The translations under genes were made by a program, and so were the position numbers. Of a stretch of DNA of 63,711 nucleotides, positions 21,593-31,797 are shown in pieces (position 1 is the first letter of the stretch; the number at the start of each line of letters is the position of its first letter). The notes under the pieces were generated by a model that had not been told where the DNA came from, did no database searches, and worked only from the letters and a program-made list of their open reading frames with translations. The stretch covers positions 1 through 63,711 of the forward strand of contig CALVOO010000001.1 of assembly GCA_944350305.1 (NCBI GenBank), in the 5' to 3' direction. This DNA comes from an uncultured Bacilli bacterium. GTDB lineage: Bacteria > Bacillota_I > Bacilli_A > RF39 > UBA660.

Positions 21593-22363
21593 TTAAACCT
21601 CATTTCTAGGATATCCAACATTCATTACACCTTTGGTTTTCAATCCACCAATACCATCTTTTCCATATTTCGTTTTTTCAAGTAAGCTCAATAAGTCAAT
21701 AGGTTTTCCTTTTTCAGTTAAACAAATATTAGTTGCTATTATAGCTGGATCCAAGGCATGAATATTAATTCTTTTAGGACTAGACGCAAATGTAGCACCA
21801 GCTTTAATAAGTTCCTCATAATTACTTTGACAAGCACCAGCAATTATTATTAAATTATCTCTTTTAATTTTTCGAGCCTCTTTTACACACTTTATAAAAT
21901 TATCACTATTTTTATATAAATTTTTGTCAGAAATTCTTTTTTTTAAAATTGCATCATGACCAGTTACAATCAAAACATCCGGATTAACACTGTCTAAATA
22001 TTTTCCAACATCTTTATACATCATAGACTCCTTTATAGCTTTACCATAAGCCGTTACATTTGCCTTTTTATAAAATTCCATACACCTTTTTAAATACGAA
22101 TCATCACCGTCTAAATGAAGAACTTTTCCAGGCAAATAAAAATATTCACTTCTATCTAACTCTATTTCTTTAATACATTTATAAAGGTCTTCTTCACCGC
22201 TTTCTCTTTTATCACTTAAAACTAAATCACTTTCATCAGCATCAGCAATTAGTCTTACATCAACACCTTGTAAAATACAATTTTTATCAATTTTATCAAT
22301 AACTAAAAAAACAATATCATGATTATAACTTCTTCGAGTTACATAATCTCCAACATTTATCAT
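21593..22363 (-). CDS. yabG: sporulation peptidase YabG
   Basis: MINVGDYVTRRSYNHDIVF...VDVRLIADADESDLV parallels the B. subtilis YabG N-terminus. Lies next to ksgA. Confidence 0.8.
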   Translation of the reverse strand: MINVGDYVTRRSYNHDIVFLVIDKIDKNCILQGVDVRLIADADESDLVLSDKRESGEEDLYKCIKEIELDRSEYFYLPGKVLHLDGDDSYLKRCMEFYKKANVTAYGKAIKESMMYKDVGKYLDSVNPDVLIVTGHDAILKKRISDKNLYKNSDNFIKCVKEARKIKRDNLIIIAGACQSNYEELIKAGATFASSPKRINIHALDPAIIATNICLTEKGKPIDLLSLLEKTKYGKDGIGGLKTKGVMNVGYPRNEV

Positions 22364-22414
22364 AAATCACCTAATTAAATATATTAAAAAAAAATAATAG
22401 TATTCATAAAACTA

Positions 22415-23221
22415 TTATTTCCCCGTCAAATATATATATAAATTAACAAATTCTTCTATACTTATTTGCTCAGCTCTATAAGTCAAATCCTTATTTATTG
22501 TCTTTAAAAATTTTTCAATTTTAACTAAATCATATTTATATAAATTATTTTTTAAATTTTTTCTTTTATGTTTAAATGCATCCTTAATAAAGTTAAAAAA
22601 TAAATCTGTATCATCAATATCATAATTTAACAACTTTTTTTCAAACCTTAAAACCACACTATCAACGTCAGGTTTTGGAAAAAAAGAGTTTTTACTAACA
22701 TCACATACTTTACTTATATTATATCTAAATTGAGCATAAACACTCAATGACCCATAATTTCTTGAATTAGGCTTAGCTATTAATCTATCTCCAACTTCTT
22801 TTTGGATCATAATGCAAAAAATATCAGGATTTATTTCGTCAATTACCTTAGTTATAATAGGCGTAGTAATATAGTAAGGAATGTTAGCAATAACATATAA
22901 TTTTTCATAACTATATTTATCCAAATATATATCTACATCAACTTTAAGAAAATCCTCAAAAACAACTTCAAAATTAGGAAATTGTTTTACTAACAACTCT
23001 AAAGGTTTTTTTAATCTTTGATCTATTTCAAAAGCCAAAACATTATTACCTGTTTTTAATAGATACTCAGTTAAAGAACCATCGCCAGGACCAATTTCAA
23101 TAATTAAAGAATTTGATGAAATATTAGATGAATTTATTATTTTATTTAAAATATTTTTATCACGCAAAAAATTTTGACCCAAACTTTTTTTAAATTTAAA
23201 TTGATCCATATTACCAGCCAT
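22415..23221 (-). CDS. rsmA: 16S rRNA (adenine1518/1519-N6)-dimethyltransferase
   Basis: KKSLGQNFL, IIEIGPGDGSLT, NIPYYITTPI. Confidence 0.92.
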   Translation of the reverse strand: MAGNMDQFKFKKSLGQNFLRDKNILNKIINSSNISSNSLIIEIGPGDGSLTEYLLKTGNNVLAFEIDQRLKKPLELLVKQFPNFEVVFEDFLKVDVDIYLDKYSYEKLYVIANIPYYITTPIITKVIDEINPDIFCIMIQKEVGDRLIAKPNSRNYGSLSVYAQFRYNISKVCDVSKNSFFPKPDVDSVVLRFEKKLLNYDIDDTDLFFNFIKDAFKHKRKNLKNNLYKYDLVKIEKFLKTINKDLTYRAEQISIEEFVNLYIYLTGK

Positions 23222-23759
23222 ATCTTAAAACTTCAAAAGTTTGATTTTTAACTCTTCCTATATTTTGAGTTGCATAATTAACATCATCAACTAATAAATC
23301 AACATCATTTCCACCTACGCCTCTATCCATAGCAATAGCAATTATAGGTTCTTCCCCAATTTTATCTACATTAAATCTCAAAATTGTTCCGCAAGAATAT
23401 TTACTGCTTGTCGCTACAATCCTAACCTCGCCATATTCAGAATCATTAAAGTAAATTCCACTTTCTAAAACGTTTGTTCTCGGGTGACAAGCCAAAATTC
23501 CTGAGCACAAAGGACAATCACCCACATAAGCTGTTAAATCGCCAGTAAATGTTGCCTCTGCATCGTATAATTCAGCAACATATAAACTTTCGTGATTTTC
23601 TTCCATAACAGCAACTTCTAAAGATTTATTTAAATTAACATTATTTATATTAACATTATATGACGTGTCTAAAACTGTAGTTCCTAATAATAAAATTAAA
23701 GAAAACAATGCACAAACACGAACAACAACCAACCACTTTTTCGGTTTATATATTTTCAT
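23211..23759 (-). CDS. 3D-domain (RlpA-like double-psi beta-barrel) secreted protein, YabE-position
   Basis: N-terminal signal/anchor, then ...TAYVGDCPLCSG...VATSSKY.CGTILRF...IAIAMDRGVGGNDVDLLV, a 3D-domain pattern. Sits between tatD and ksgA like yabE. Confidence 0.65.
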   Translation of the reverse strand: MKIYKPKKWLVVVRVCALFSLILLLGTTVLDTSYNVNINNVNLNKSLEVAVMEENHESLYVAELYDAEATFTGDLTAYVGDCPLCSGILACHPRTNVLESGIYFNDSEYGEVRIVATSSKYSCGTILRFNVDKIGEEPIIAIAMDRGVGGNDVDLLVDDVNYATQNIGRVKNQTFEVLRYGW

Positions 23760-23799
23760 TTAAACACCTCTCGGTAAAATAATTATACTATTAAACCAA

Positions 23800-24549
23800 T
23801 TAAAAGTCAAAAACACGATTAGCATTATCCGTAGTAATTCGCATTACATCATCTTCATTAATATCTTTAATTGAAGCTAATTTGTTAGCAATTACCGGAA
23901 TATATTTAGGCTCATTTTTATACTTTCTAAAAGGTTCAGGAGTTAAAAATGGGGAATCAGTTTCCAATAAAATATATTCTAGCGGAACCTCTTTTATAAC
24001 TTCAAAAAGTTTAGAGTTTTTAAAAGTCAAAATACCCCCAATCCCTAAATAATAACCTAATTTAATGAACTCTTTTGCAGTTTCAATACTGCCACTAAAA
24101 CAATGAATTACACCTTTTAAAGTATAATTTTTTAAAATTCTAAAAACATCATCAGTGGCATTACGAGAATGAATAATTACAGGCAAATTATATTTTTCAG
24201 CTAATTTTAATTGTAACTCAAAAAAAAGAATTTGCCTTTCTCTATTATTCCTAGAATAATAATAGTCTAAGCCAATTTCTCCTATCGCAACCACCTTTTC
24301 ATCACGTATAATTTTTTCCAAATTGGCAATATCATCTGTACTAGAATTATCTACATTTTGAGGATGTATTCCAACAGCAGGATACAAATAATTATATTGC
24401 TTATGGAGCTCAATGACTTTTAAACTAGAATTTAAATCTTCTGCACAATTAATTATTTTCCTTACATTATTTTTAAGTGCTGAACTTAAAACACTTTTAA
24501 TATCATCATACATATCAAAATTGACATGTGCATGAGAATCTATATACAT
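23800..24549 (-). CDS. tatD: TatD-family metal-dependent DNase/hydrolase
   Basis: MYIDSHAHVNF, GEIGLDYYY, IIHSR, ETDSPFL. Confidence 0.92.
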   Translation of the reverse strand: MYIDSHAHVNFDMYDDIKSVLSSALKNNVRKIINCAEDLNSSLKVIELHKQYNYLYPAVGIHPQNVDNSSTDDIANLEKIIRDEKVVAIGEIGLDYYYSRNNRERQILFFELQLKLAEKYNLPVIIHSRNATDDVFRILKNYTLKGVIHCFSGSIETAKEFIKLGYYLGIGGILTFKNSKLFEVIKEVPLEYILLETDSPFLTPEPFRKYKNEPKYIPVIANKLASIKDINEDDVMRITTDNANRVFDF

Positions 24550-24561
24550 AACAAAACCTCT

Positions 24562-24789
24562 TTACATCTCATATTTAATCCAAAGATAACTATAATAAAC
24601 TGATAATATCGCAAATATTATACTATATAAATGAATCTGTTCCTTAACAAATAACATTACAAAAATAACTACATCTACTGCTAAAACTGATAAAATTCTT
24701 TTTTTGTTACTTCTACAATATTCTATTATTTTCATAAGCATCAAAGCAAATATAACAATTAATTTAATAGATTTCAACCAAAAAAACAA
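24562..24789 (-). CDS. possible small two-TM membrane protein (weak call)
   Basis: The ORF starts on TTG with no RBS, and the internal ATGs also lack one. It is hydrophobic, has no homology I recognise, and fills the dut-tatD gap. Confidence 0.25.
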   Translation of the reverse strand: MFFWLKSIKLIVIFALMLMKIIEYCRSNKKRILSVLAVDVVIFVMLFVKEQIHLYSIIFAILSVYYSYLWIKYEM

Positions 24790-24847
24790 TCTTTTTCAAT
24801 CTTTTACATTTTTTTACATAAATCTACAATATATTTACACTAATTTT

Positions 24848-25324
24848 TTATTTACCAGTACTTCCCAAACCGCCAATTCTTATATTATTTACCGCTTTTT
24901 CATCATCAACGGTCATAAATTTAACAAATATTCCTTGACATAATGAGCTCCCTTTTTCAAATTTTAAATCTTCATCACTGTGATTTTGAACAGAAAGCCA
25001 AATATGCCCCTCGTTATTAACATTATTGTAATAGTCACTTTCAATTATACCAACTTGATTAGTTAATCTAACATTATACTTAAAACCAATTCCACTCCTA
25101 ATAATTATCATTAACATCTCATCGCTATTCATTTTCACTTTTAAACCAGTAGGTATTTTTAAAATTTCATTTGATCTTAAAGTAATATCTTCAATTAACA
25201 AAAAATCATAACCAGCACTATATTTAGTTTTTCTAATTGGCAAACTATAATTATTATATAAATTAAAATCATTCTTAACATCTTTTTTAAATTGCTCAAA
25301 ACTTATTTTTTCAAATTTTCTCAT
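24848..25324 (-). CDS. dut: dUTP diphosphatase (trimeric dUTPase family)
   Basis: SAGYDF, IIRSGIG, GIIESDYYNN, C-terminal GGLGSTGK. Start trimmed to ATG 25324 after GGAGG. Confidence 0.85.
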   Translation of the reverse strand: MRKFEKISFEQFKKDVKNDFNLYNNYSLPIRKTKYSAGYDFLLIEDITLRSNEILKIPTGLKVKMNSDEMLMIIIRSGIGFKYNVRLTNQVGIIESDYYNNVNNEGHIWLSVQNHSDEDLKFEKGSSLCQGIFVKFMTVDDEKAVNNIRIGGLGSTGK

Positions 25325-25420
25325 AAATCCTCCAATAAAAAACACGAATTAAGTAATATAAATCGTGTAAACATTATCTACTTAATATAAATAAAGTATA
25401 TATTAAATAAAAAAAATTGT

Positions 25421-25942
25421 CTAGTCAGTTTCTAATTTAACCTTAAGTAAAGCATCGATAATATCAACTGCTAATTTTTCCTCTTTATTAATTTCTTTAT
25501 CAGAAATACAAATTATAGATCCAATTAAATCAGTATTAATTATAATTGGTTTTATATAATAATATCCTTTAATAACCATGTTTTCAGAGATATTCAAATT
25601 TAATCCAACCCCATCTTTTCTTTCATCAAATATTTTATTCAAATTATTACTTACTTTTTTATTTTCTAAATCCTTATATTCACTTTTATTAGTCAAAATT
25701 ACACTATCTCTATCAGTTATTATTAAAGATATAGGCATTACTTTATCAAATAACCCAACATAATTAAATAATAAATCTTTAAAAGTTAAAAGTCTTTGAA
25801 ATTTTTTTAAAATAATACTACTTTCATCAATGTAAATTTCCATTTCTTCGCCATCTTTTATGCCTAAACTTCTCCTAATCTCTTTTGGTACAACAATTCT
25901 ACCTAGCTCATCAATTTTTCTAACCAATCCTGTATTTACCAT
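25421..25942 (-). CDS. spoVT: stage V sporulation protein T (AbrB-type N-domain plus GAF-like C-domain)
   Basis: GLVRKIDELGRIVVPKEIRRSLGIKDGEEMEIY is a SpoVT/AbrB swapped-hairpin motif. About 174 aa, lying next to mfd as in Bacillus. Start set at ATG 25942 after GAGGTG. Confidence 0.82.
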   Translation of the reverse strand: MVNTGLVRKIDELGRIVVPKEIRRSLGIKDGEEMEIYIDESSIILKKFQRLLTFKDLLFNYVGLFDKVMPISLIITDRDSVILTNKSEYKDLENKKVSNNLNKIFDERKDGVGLNLNISENMVIKGYYYIKPIIINTDLIGSIICISDKEINKEEKLAVDIIDALLKVKLETD

Positions 25943-25995
25943 AGTACACCTCATTAGTTAGTTTACTTAATATGACAAATATTATACGCTGTTTA

Positions 25996-26024
25996 TTGAC
26001 AAGATTAGTTATATAAAATATACT
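25996..26024 (+). promoter_or_regulatory. ppa promoter
   Basis: TTGACA (25996-26001), a 17-nt spacer and TATACT (26019-26024), upstream of the AGGAG RBS. Confidence 0.55.
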
Positions 26025-26042
26025 CAAAATAGGAGAGTGAAA

Positions 26043-26528
26043 ATGAATACAGTATATGAAAGTACTATTGAAATTCCCATGGGAACAAAAAATAAATATG
26101 AAGTTAACAAAAAAACAGGAAAAATAAAATTGGACAGAGTTTTATATAGTGCATTAACTTATCCAGGAGAATATGGATTTATTGAAAATACACTATCATT
26201 AGACGGAGATCCACTCGACATATTAATAATAAGTTCTTATCCTACTTTTCCCGGATGTGTCGTTGATGCAAGAGTATTAGGATATTTAAGTGTTATTGAC
26301 AATGGCCAGCAAGACGAAAAAATTATTGCAGTTGTTGATAAAGATCCAAGATTTAACCACATTCAAGAAATAGACGATATAAACCACATAAAGGATGAGA
26401 TAAAAGATTTTTTTCAAAATTATAAAACCTTACAAAATATAAAAGTAGAAGCAAAAGAGTTTTATAACAAAGATTCAGCAATAATGTTAATAGAAAAATG
26501 CAAAAAAAGATATAATAATTCAAAATAA
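26043..26528 (+). CDS. ppa: inorganic pyrophosphatase (family I)
   Basis: IEIPMGTKNKYE, YPGEYGFIENTL..DGDPLDIL, IAVVDKDPRF. Start set at ATG 26043, 7 nt after AGGAG. Confidence 0.95.
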   Translation: MNTVYESTIEIPMGTKNKYEVNKKTGKIKLDRVLYSALTYPGEYGFIENTLSLDGDPLDILIISSYPTFPGCVVDARVLGYLSVIDNGQQDEKIIAVVDKDPRFNHIQEIDDINHIKDEIKDFFQNYKTLQNIKVEAKEFYNKDSAIMLIEKCKKRYNNSK

Positions 26529-26547
26529 AACCTCAAATTGAGGTTTT
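26527..26547. terminator. bidirectional terminator shared by convergent ppa and mfd
   Basis: AAAACCTCA-AAT-TGAGGTTTT with A/T runs on both sides. It overlaps the last codons of mfd. Confidence 0.6.
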
Positions 26548-29500
26548 ATTTAATTCCTTTTCTATATAAATCAATAATTTAGCCACATAAATTACATAGT
26601 GTTTTTCTAAATTATTTTTATTTAACTCTATAAAAATTGAATTACCACGATAAATAAAATTAAATTTCGTTTCTATTTTTGTAGCTTGAACAAATAAATC
26701 CTCAATATTTAATTTATTATATATATCGAAGTTTAATCTAATTGAAATCTTTTGATTTGTATTTATTGCAATTATTATATTATATTTGTTTATTATTTTT
26801 TCAATTAATTCTTGATACATATATACTTCTAATTTTTCATCCGTATATCCAAATCTATCTTTTATTTCTTCATGGATTTTCTTCAAATCTTCAATAGATT
26901 GTATAGATGTAATTTCTTTATGTAACGAAAGAATAACATCCTCTTCATCTGAATAATTACTGTCAATGTGAGTTTCCACATCATCAAGCACTATATCTGT
27001 TTGTTCTTCTTTTTCGTTGTTAATTTCTTCATTTACAAGTTCTAAATACATATCAACACCAACACTATCAATAAATCCAGCTTGTTCACTACCTAACAAA
27101 TCACCAGCACCTCTAATGCTTAAATCACGCATAGCTAACTTATAACCACTACCTAACTCAGTAAATTCCTTAATTGCTTCTAATCGTTTTTGCGCATTTT
27201 CATTTAATATTTTACCTTTATCATACATTAAATATGCGTAAGCAATTCTATCACCGCGACCAACTCTTCCTCTTATTTGATATAATTGACTTAAACCAAA
27301 TTTATCAGCATCGATTACTACAACAGTATTAGCGTTAGGAATATCAATTCCATTTTCTATAATAGTTGTACTTAAAAGAACGTCAAATTTTTTTTCAACA
27401 AAATCATCCATTATTGAATTAATTTGCATTTTATTCATTTTTCCATGTGCATAAGCAAATTTCACTTCAGGAATTATTTTTTTAAATTCATTTAAAACCT
27501 TATCCATGTTTATAATATTATTATACAAAATGAATACTTGGCCTTGTCTACTATATTCTTTCAAAATTATTTCTCTTAAAATATATTTATCATAAGAAAT
27601 AACATAAGTTTGTACCGGATATCTATTTTTAGGTGGAGTTTCAATTAAAGATAAATCCCTAATTCCGATTAACGACATCTGTAAACTTCTAGGAATTGGT
27701 GTAGCAGAAACATTTAACACATGCACATTTTCCTTTATTTTTTTTATTTTTTCCTTATGCATTACTCCAAATCTATGCTCTTCGTCTACAACTAACAAAC
27801 CCAAATCTTTAAAACGAACATCATTACTTAATAATCTATGAGTCCCAAAAATAATATCTATTTTTCCGCTTTTCAAGTCTTCAAGTGTTCTTTTTGCCTC
27901 TTTTGTTGTTGTATGTCTATTGAGCAAAGCCATATTAACACTAAAATTTTTAAATCTTTCTAATGCTGATTTATATTGCTGTGTAGAAAGCAAAGTTGTT
28001 GGGCAAAGATACATAGCTTGTTTATTATTTAAAACAGTTTTAAAAATCACCCTAAAAATAACCTCAGTTTTACCATATCCTACATCGCCACAAAGCAACC
28101 TTTCCATAGGTTTTCCGCTTTCCAAGTCCCTTTTAATTTGTAATGTTGCCTTTTCTTGGTCACTAGTAAAATCATATGGAAACTCATTTTCAAAAACTAA
28201 TTGAAGTGGATCATCTTTTAAAAAAGGTTCAACTTTAATTTGTGATCTTTTCTTATAAATTTCAATAAGTTCATTGCTAATATCTCTAATTTTATTTTTT
28301 ATTTTTATTTTTGTTTTTTGCCATTCAATACTATTTAATTTATTAATCTTAGGCTTCACACCTTCTCTAGACGAATACTTGTACAACTTATCAATGTTAT
28401 CAATTGATAAATACAATTTATCATTTCCTTTATACTGAATTAAAATATAATCTTTTTTTATTGAATTCTTAGTTATAGTGGAAATACCCTTGTAAATTCC
28501 AATACCATGATTTTTATGAACTACATAATCACCAATGCATAATTTGTCAATGTCGTTGATCTTTCTGCCCAATTTATACCCGCTAAAAGAAGTTTTTTCT
28601 CTTTTTTCTACTAGATCATTGTCAGATAAGTAAGTAATATTATTATATATAAAACCAGAATTCAAATCACAATTAATAATATTTACTTTACTATAACAAT
28701 CCTTAATTTTTTTTATAAAATTATTATTAGTTGTACATAAATATACATTTTCTTTTTTTAAAGTATCCAAAAAAAGATCAATTTTATTTTTATAATTTAT
28801 TACAGATTCTGATATGAAAATATAATCATAATTATCAGAACTATTTATCAAATCAACATAGATTTTTTTATTAATGTTCATTTCATTCAAAAAAAATATT
28901 GCAGAAAAATCATTATCATAATATTTTATCTGATTAATAATGTTGTTCATTATATTTTTCGATTGATCATAATTTTGAAGAATTACATATGGATCATTTA
29001 AATAGTCTATAATTGAACTTGAACTACCATTAAAATCATCAATTAGTGGTTTTACTAATATAAATTTTTCATCACTTATAGTTCTTTGTGATAGTTCATT
29101 AAAATAAGAAATATTAGATATTTCATCGTCAAAAAAATCTATTCTTACTGGATGATCAGCCTGAAAAGGAAAAATATCAATAACATAACCACGTACGGCA
29201 AATTCTCCGACATTTGTTACAAGTGATTCCTTTTTATATCCTATGTTTAATAAATTATTTAAAAATTCTGTTCTGTCTATTTTTTGATTTAAATAAATTT
29301 TTATGGTTTTTGAAATATAATCACTTTTTTTAGGTAACTTTTTTATAAAACTATTAACATGACAAATAAGAATTTTTTTATTTTTATTTTCTATTGAATT
29401 TAAAAAATTCATTCTTAAATACAATAAATCACTTGATGCAGCAATTGCTTTTTTAGTCAAATAATCATCTTCTGGAAATATATAAACATCATTTAAATAA

Positions 29501-29694
29501 CTTTTTAAATTGTTAAAAAGTTTATTTGCATCATTTAAAGTTGGAACTAAAATAATTAAATCTTTTTGCAAAGAAAAAAAGATATATAAAACTAATTGAT
29601 TATATATTTCGTTATTAGAAATTGATAATTTTAAATTATTTTCTATGCTAAAATTAAAAATACTTTTATATATCTCATTTTTCATAAACACCAC
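26533..29694 (-). CDS. mfd: transcription-repair coupling factor
   Basis: RNAP-interacting domain (GDYVVHKNHGIGIYKG), helicase motifs GDVGYGKTEV, VVDEEHRFG, TATPIPR and QLYQIRGRVGR, plus a TRG region. Confidence 0.95.
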   Translation of the reverse strand: MVFMKNEIYKSIFNFSIENNLKLSISNNEIYNQLVLYIFFSLQKDLIILVPTLNDANKLFNNLKSYLNDVYIFPEDDYLTKKAIAASSDLLYLRMNFLNSIENKNKKILICHVNSFIKKLPKKSDYISKTIKIYLNQKIDRTEFLNNLLNIGYKKESLVTNVGEFAVRGYVIDIFPFQADHPVRIDFFDDEISNISYFNELSQRTISDEKFILVKPLIDDFNGSSSSIIDYLNDPYVILQNYDQSKNIMNNIINQIKYYDNDFSAIFFLNEMNINKKIYVDLINSSDNYDYIFISESVINYKNKIDLFLDTLKKENVYLCTTNNNFIKKIKDCYSKVNIINCDLNSGFIYNNITYLSDNDLVEKREKTSFSGYKLGRKINDIDKLCIGDYVVHKNHGIGIYKGISTITKNSIKKDYILIQYKGNDKLYLSIDNIDKLYKYSSREGVKPKINKLNSIEWQKTKIKIKNKIRDISNELIEIYKKRSQIKVEPFLKDDPLQLVFENEFPYDFTSDQEKATLQIKRDLESGKPMERLLCGDVGYGKTEVIFRVIFKTVLNNKQAMYLCPTTLLSTQQYKSALERFKNFSVNMALLNRHTTTKEAKRTLEDLKSGKIDIIFGTHRLLSNDVRFKDLGLLVVDEEHRFGVMHKEKIKKIKENVHVLNVSATPIPRSLQMSLIGIRDLSLIETPPKNRYPVQTYVISYDKYILREIILKEYSRQGQVFILYNNIINMDKVLNEFKKIIPEVKFAYAHGKMNKMQINSIMDDFVEKKFDVLLSTTIIENGIDIPNANTVVVIDADKFGLSQLYQIRGRVGRGDRIAYAYLMYDKGKILNENAQKRLEAIKEFTELGSGYKLAMRDLSIRGAGDLLGSEQAGFIDSVGVDMYLELVNEEINNEKEEQTDIVLDDVETHIDSNYSDEEDVILSLHKEITSIQSIEDLKKIHEEIKDRFGYTDEKLEVYMYQELIEKIINKYNIIIAINTNQKISIRLNFDIYNKLNIEDLFVQATKIETKFNFIYRGNSIFIELNKNNLEKHYVIYVAKLLIYIEKELNKTSI

Positions 29695-30231
29695 TTAATT
29701 ATATTTGCTCATTAGTTTTTCAAAATCCATTAACAAATAATTATCTATAATTTCACTAACATTTTTTATAACCTTTTCTACTTTAATTAACTCATCATTA
29801 GAAAATTTACCTAAAACATAATCTTTAACATCTTTATTAGAATTTCCAATTCCAATACGAATCCTTTTAATTTTATTATTTCCAAGCAAGGCTATTATAT
29901 TCTTAATACCATTATGCCCACCAGCTGAACCATCTGGTTTGATTTTTATAGTGCCTAACTCAAAAGCTATATCATCATAAATTATTAATATGTCAGATAT
30001 ATTTATATTAAAATAGTCCACAAATTTTTTAACAACCTCACCTGACAAATTCATATAATTCATCGGTTTCAAAAAAATAACATTTTTTGATCCATCAATA
30101 TAATATTCACCATTAAATTTTTTTTTAAATTTAACATTGTCTAAATATCTATCGATTACCAAAAAACCAATATTATGTCTAGTGTACTTAAATTCAACTC
30201 CAGGATTACCCAAACCAACAATCAACTTCAT
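29695..30231 (-). CDS. pth: peptidyl-tRNA hydrolase
   Basis: MKLIVGLGNPG..Y..TRHNIGF, GGHNGIKNI. Confidence 0.95.
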   Translation of the reverse strand: MKLIVGLGNPGVEFKYTRHNIGFLVIDRYLDNVKFKKKFNGEYYIDGSKNVIFLKPMNYMNLSGEVVKKFVDYFNINISDILIIYDDIAFELGTIKIKPDGSAGGHNGIKNIIALLGNNKIKRIRIGIGNSNKDVKDYVLGKFSNDELIKVEKVIKNVSEIIDNYLLMDFEKLMSKYN

Positions 30232-31064
30232 ATACTATTCTCCTCAAGCATATTATACAATAAATTTTTACTAACATCATACTTTTTTGAAATATATTTC
30301 ATTGCTCCTTTTTTATCCATTCCATAACTAATCAATTCTTTTAACTCATCAAATGCATAATTCACATCACTAAGTTTTTCATTATTGTCAATCACTATAA
30401 CAAACTCTCCTTTTGGTTCATAGTAAGCATCAATAGCTTCTTGAACAGATCCGCGAAAAACTTCTTCATGAATTTTAGATATTTCCCGGGAAATAGAAAT
30501 TCTTTTATTTCCCATAATATTTTTTATATTTTGTAAAGTTTTTATCAACCTATGTGGAGATTCATATAAAACAAGTGTAAAGTTTATGTTTTTTAATAAT
30601 TTTAACTGTAAAATGCTTTCATCTTGTTTACTACTTAAAAATCCATAAAACAAAAATCTATCAGCTTTTATATTTGACATATTAAGTGCTGGCAGCAATG
30701 CACTTGGCCCAGGTAAAGAGACAACACAAAATCCATTTTTAATTACTTCATTGCTAACAATATATCCTGGATCACTTATCAAGGGCGTTCCACGATCAGT
30801 AACTAAAGCAACATCAAACCCATTTTTTAAATTATTAACAATTTGTGGATAAATTGTTTTTTCATTAAATTTATGACAAGAAACTAATTTAGTTTTTATA
30901 CCATATTTATCAAATAAAACTTTAGTAACCCTAGTGTCTTCAGAGTATACAATTTTAACATTATTAAGAACATCTACAGCTCTATAGGTTATATCGCGCA
31001 TATTACCTATTGGTGTTGGTACCAAATATAACTTATTAACTTCATTATAACTCTTTTGTATCAT
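30228..31064 (-). CDS. rsmI: 16S rRNA (cytidine1402-2'-O)-methyltransferase
   Basis: LYLVPTPIGN..DIT.RA...L, EDTR, SDPG, ESPHRL. Start trimmed to ATG 31064 after GGAGGA. Confidence 0.9.
   Translation of the reverse strand: MIQKSYNEVNKLYLVPTPIGNMRDITYRAVDVLNNVKIVYSEDTRVTKVLFDKYGIKTKLVSCHKFNEKTIYPQIVNNLKNGFDVALVTDRGTPLISDPGYIVSNEVIKNGFCVVSLPGPSALLPALNMSNIKADRFLFYGFLSSKQDESILQLKLLKNINFTLVLYESPHRLIKTLQNIKNIMGNKRISISREISKIHEEVFRGSVQEAIDAYYEPKGEFVIVIDNNEKLSDVNYAFDELKELISYGMDKKGAMKYISKKYDVSKNLLYNMLEENSI
30480..30495. other. Noc-binding-site (NBS) palindrome TATTTCCCGGGAAATA inside rsmI
   Basis: Perfect 16-bp palindrome identical to the B. subtilis NBS consensus (ATTTCCCGGGAAAT core). It encodes ISREI using TCC-CGG-GAA. 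Confidence 0.6.
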
Positions 31065-31797
31065 TTGATCCTCCAAACAATTCAATAATTTTTTTAGTAT
31101 AAGCACCATCTTTATTATGTATAATCAAAGGTGATTCTATTTTTAAAGAACTATTGCCATTTTTTACAGCTTCAACTAAAAATAAATTTGAATCTTTCTC
31201 CTTTTTTGGATAAATAAATTGAACTCTTTTAGGCTCTAAATTATTTTTTCTTAATTTGGACATGATTTCAATAAACCTTTCAGTTCTGTGAATCAAATAC
31301 AAACTGCCTTTATTTTTTAAAATTTTTTTACTAACTGCCAATAAACCATCAATGTTAATGCAAATTTCATGTCTTGCAATAGACTTAACTTCATTTTCAT
31401 TTATTTTACTATCGCAATCATACTTAAAATATGGCGGATTAGAAACTACTATATCAAAGACATCCGATTCATAGTAATCAGATATATTTTTAATATCCAT
31501 ATTTAACAAATTTATTCTATTAATTAAATTATTTATCTTTAAAGATTTTACAGCCAATTTATAGACTTCTTTTTGTAGTTCCACACCAATTAAATCAACA
31601 TTTTTTTTTACTTTAGTAGATAATATTAACAAAATTGGAGCATTTCCAGTTCCTAAATCTATTATTTTTTTAGTTGTAGGCTTGATTTTAATAAAATTAG
31701 CTAACAACACAGAACCTAAACTAAAATTAAAATATTTATTACATTGTACTATTTTTAAATTATTATAATTTAGCAAATCGTTAATTACTTCTTGCAT
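31045..31797 (-). CDS. SAM-dependent methyltransferase, YabB/TrmN6-like (tRNA m6A37 type)
   Basis: DLGTGNA SAM motif and the VSNPPYF catalytic motif. Lies between yaaT and rsmI as in Bacillus. Start set at ATG 31797 after GAGGA. Confidence 0.75.
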   Translation of the reverse strand: MQEVINDLLNYNNLKIVQCNKYFNFSLGSVLLANFIKIKPTTKKIIDLGTGNAPILLILSTKVKKNVDLIGVELQKEVYKLAVKSLKINNLINRINLLNMDIKNISDYYESDVFDIVVSNPPYFKYDCDSKINENEVKSIARHEICINIDGLLAVSKKILKNKGSLYLIHRTERFIEIMSKLRKNNLEPKRVQFIYPKKEKDSNLFLVEAVKNGNSSLKIESPLIIHNKDGAYTKKIIELFGGSNDTKEL

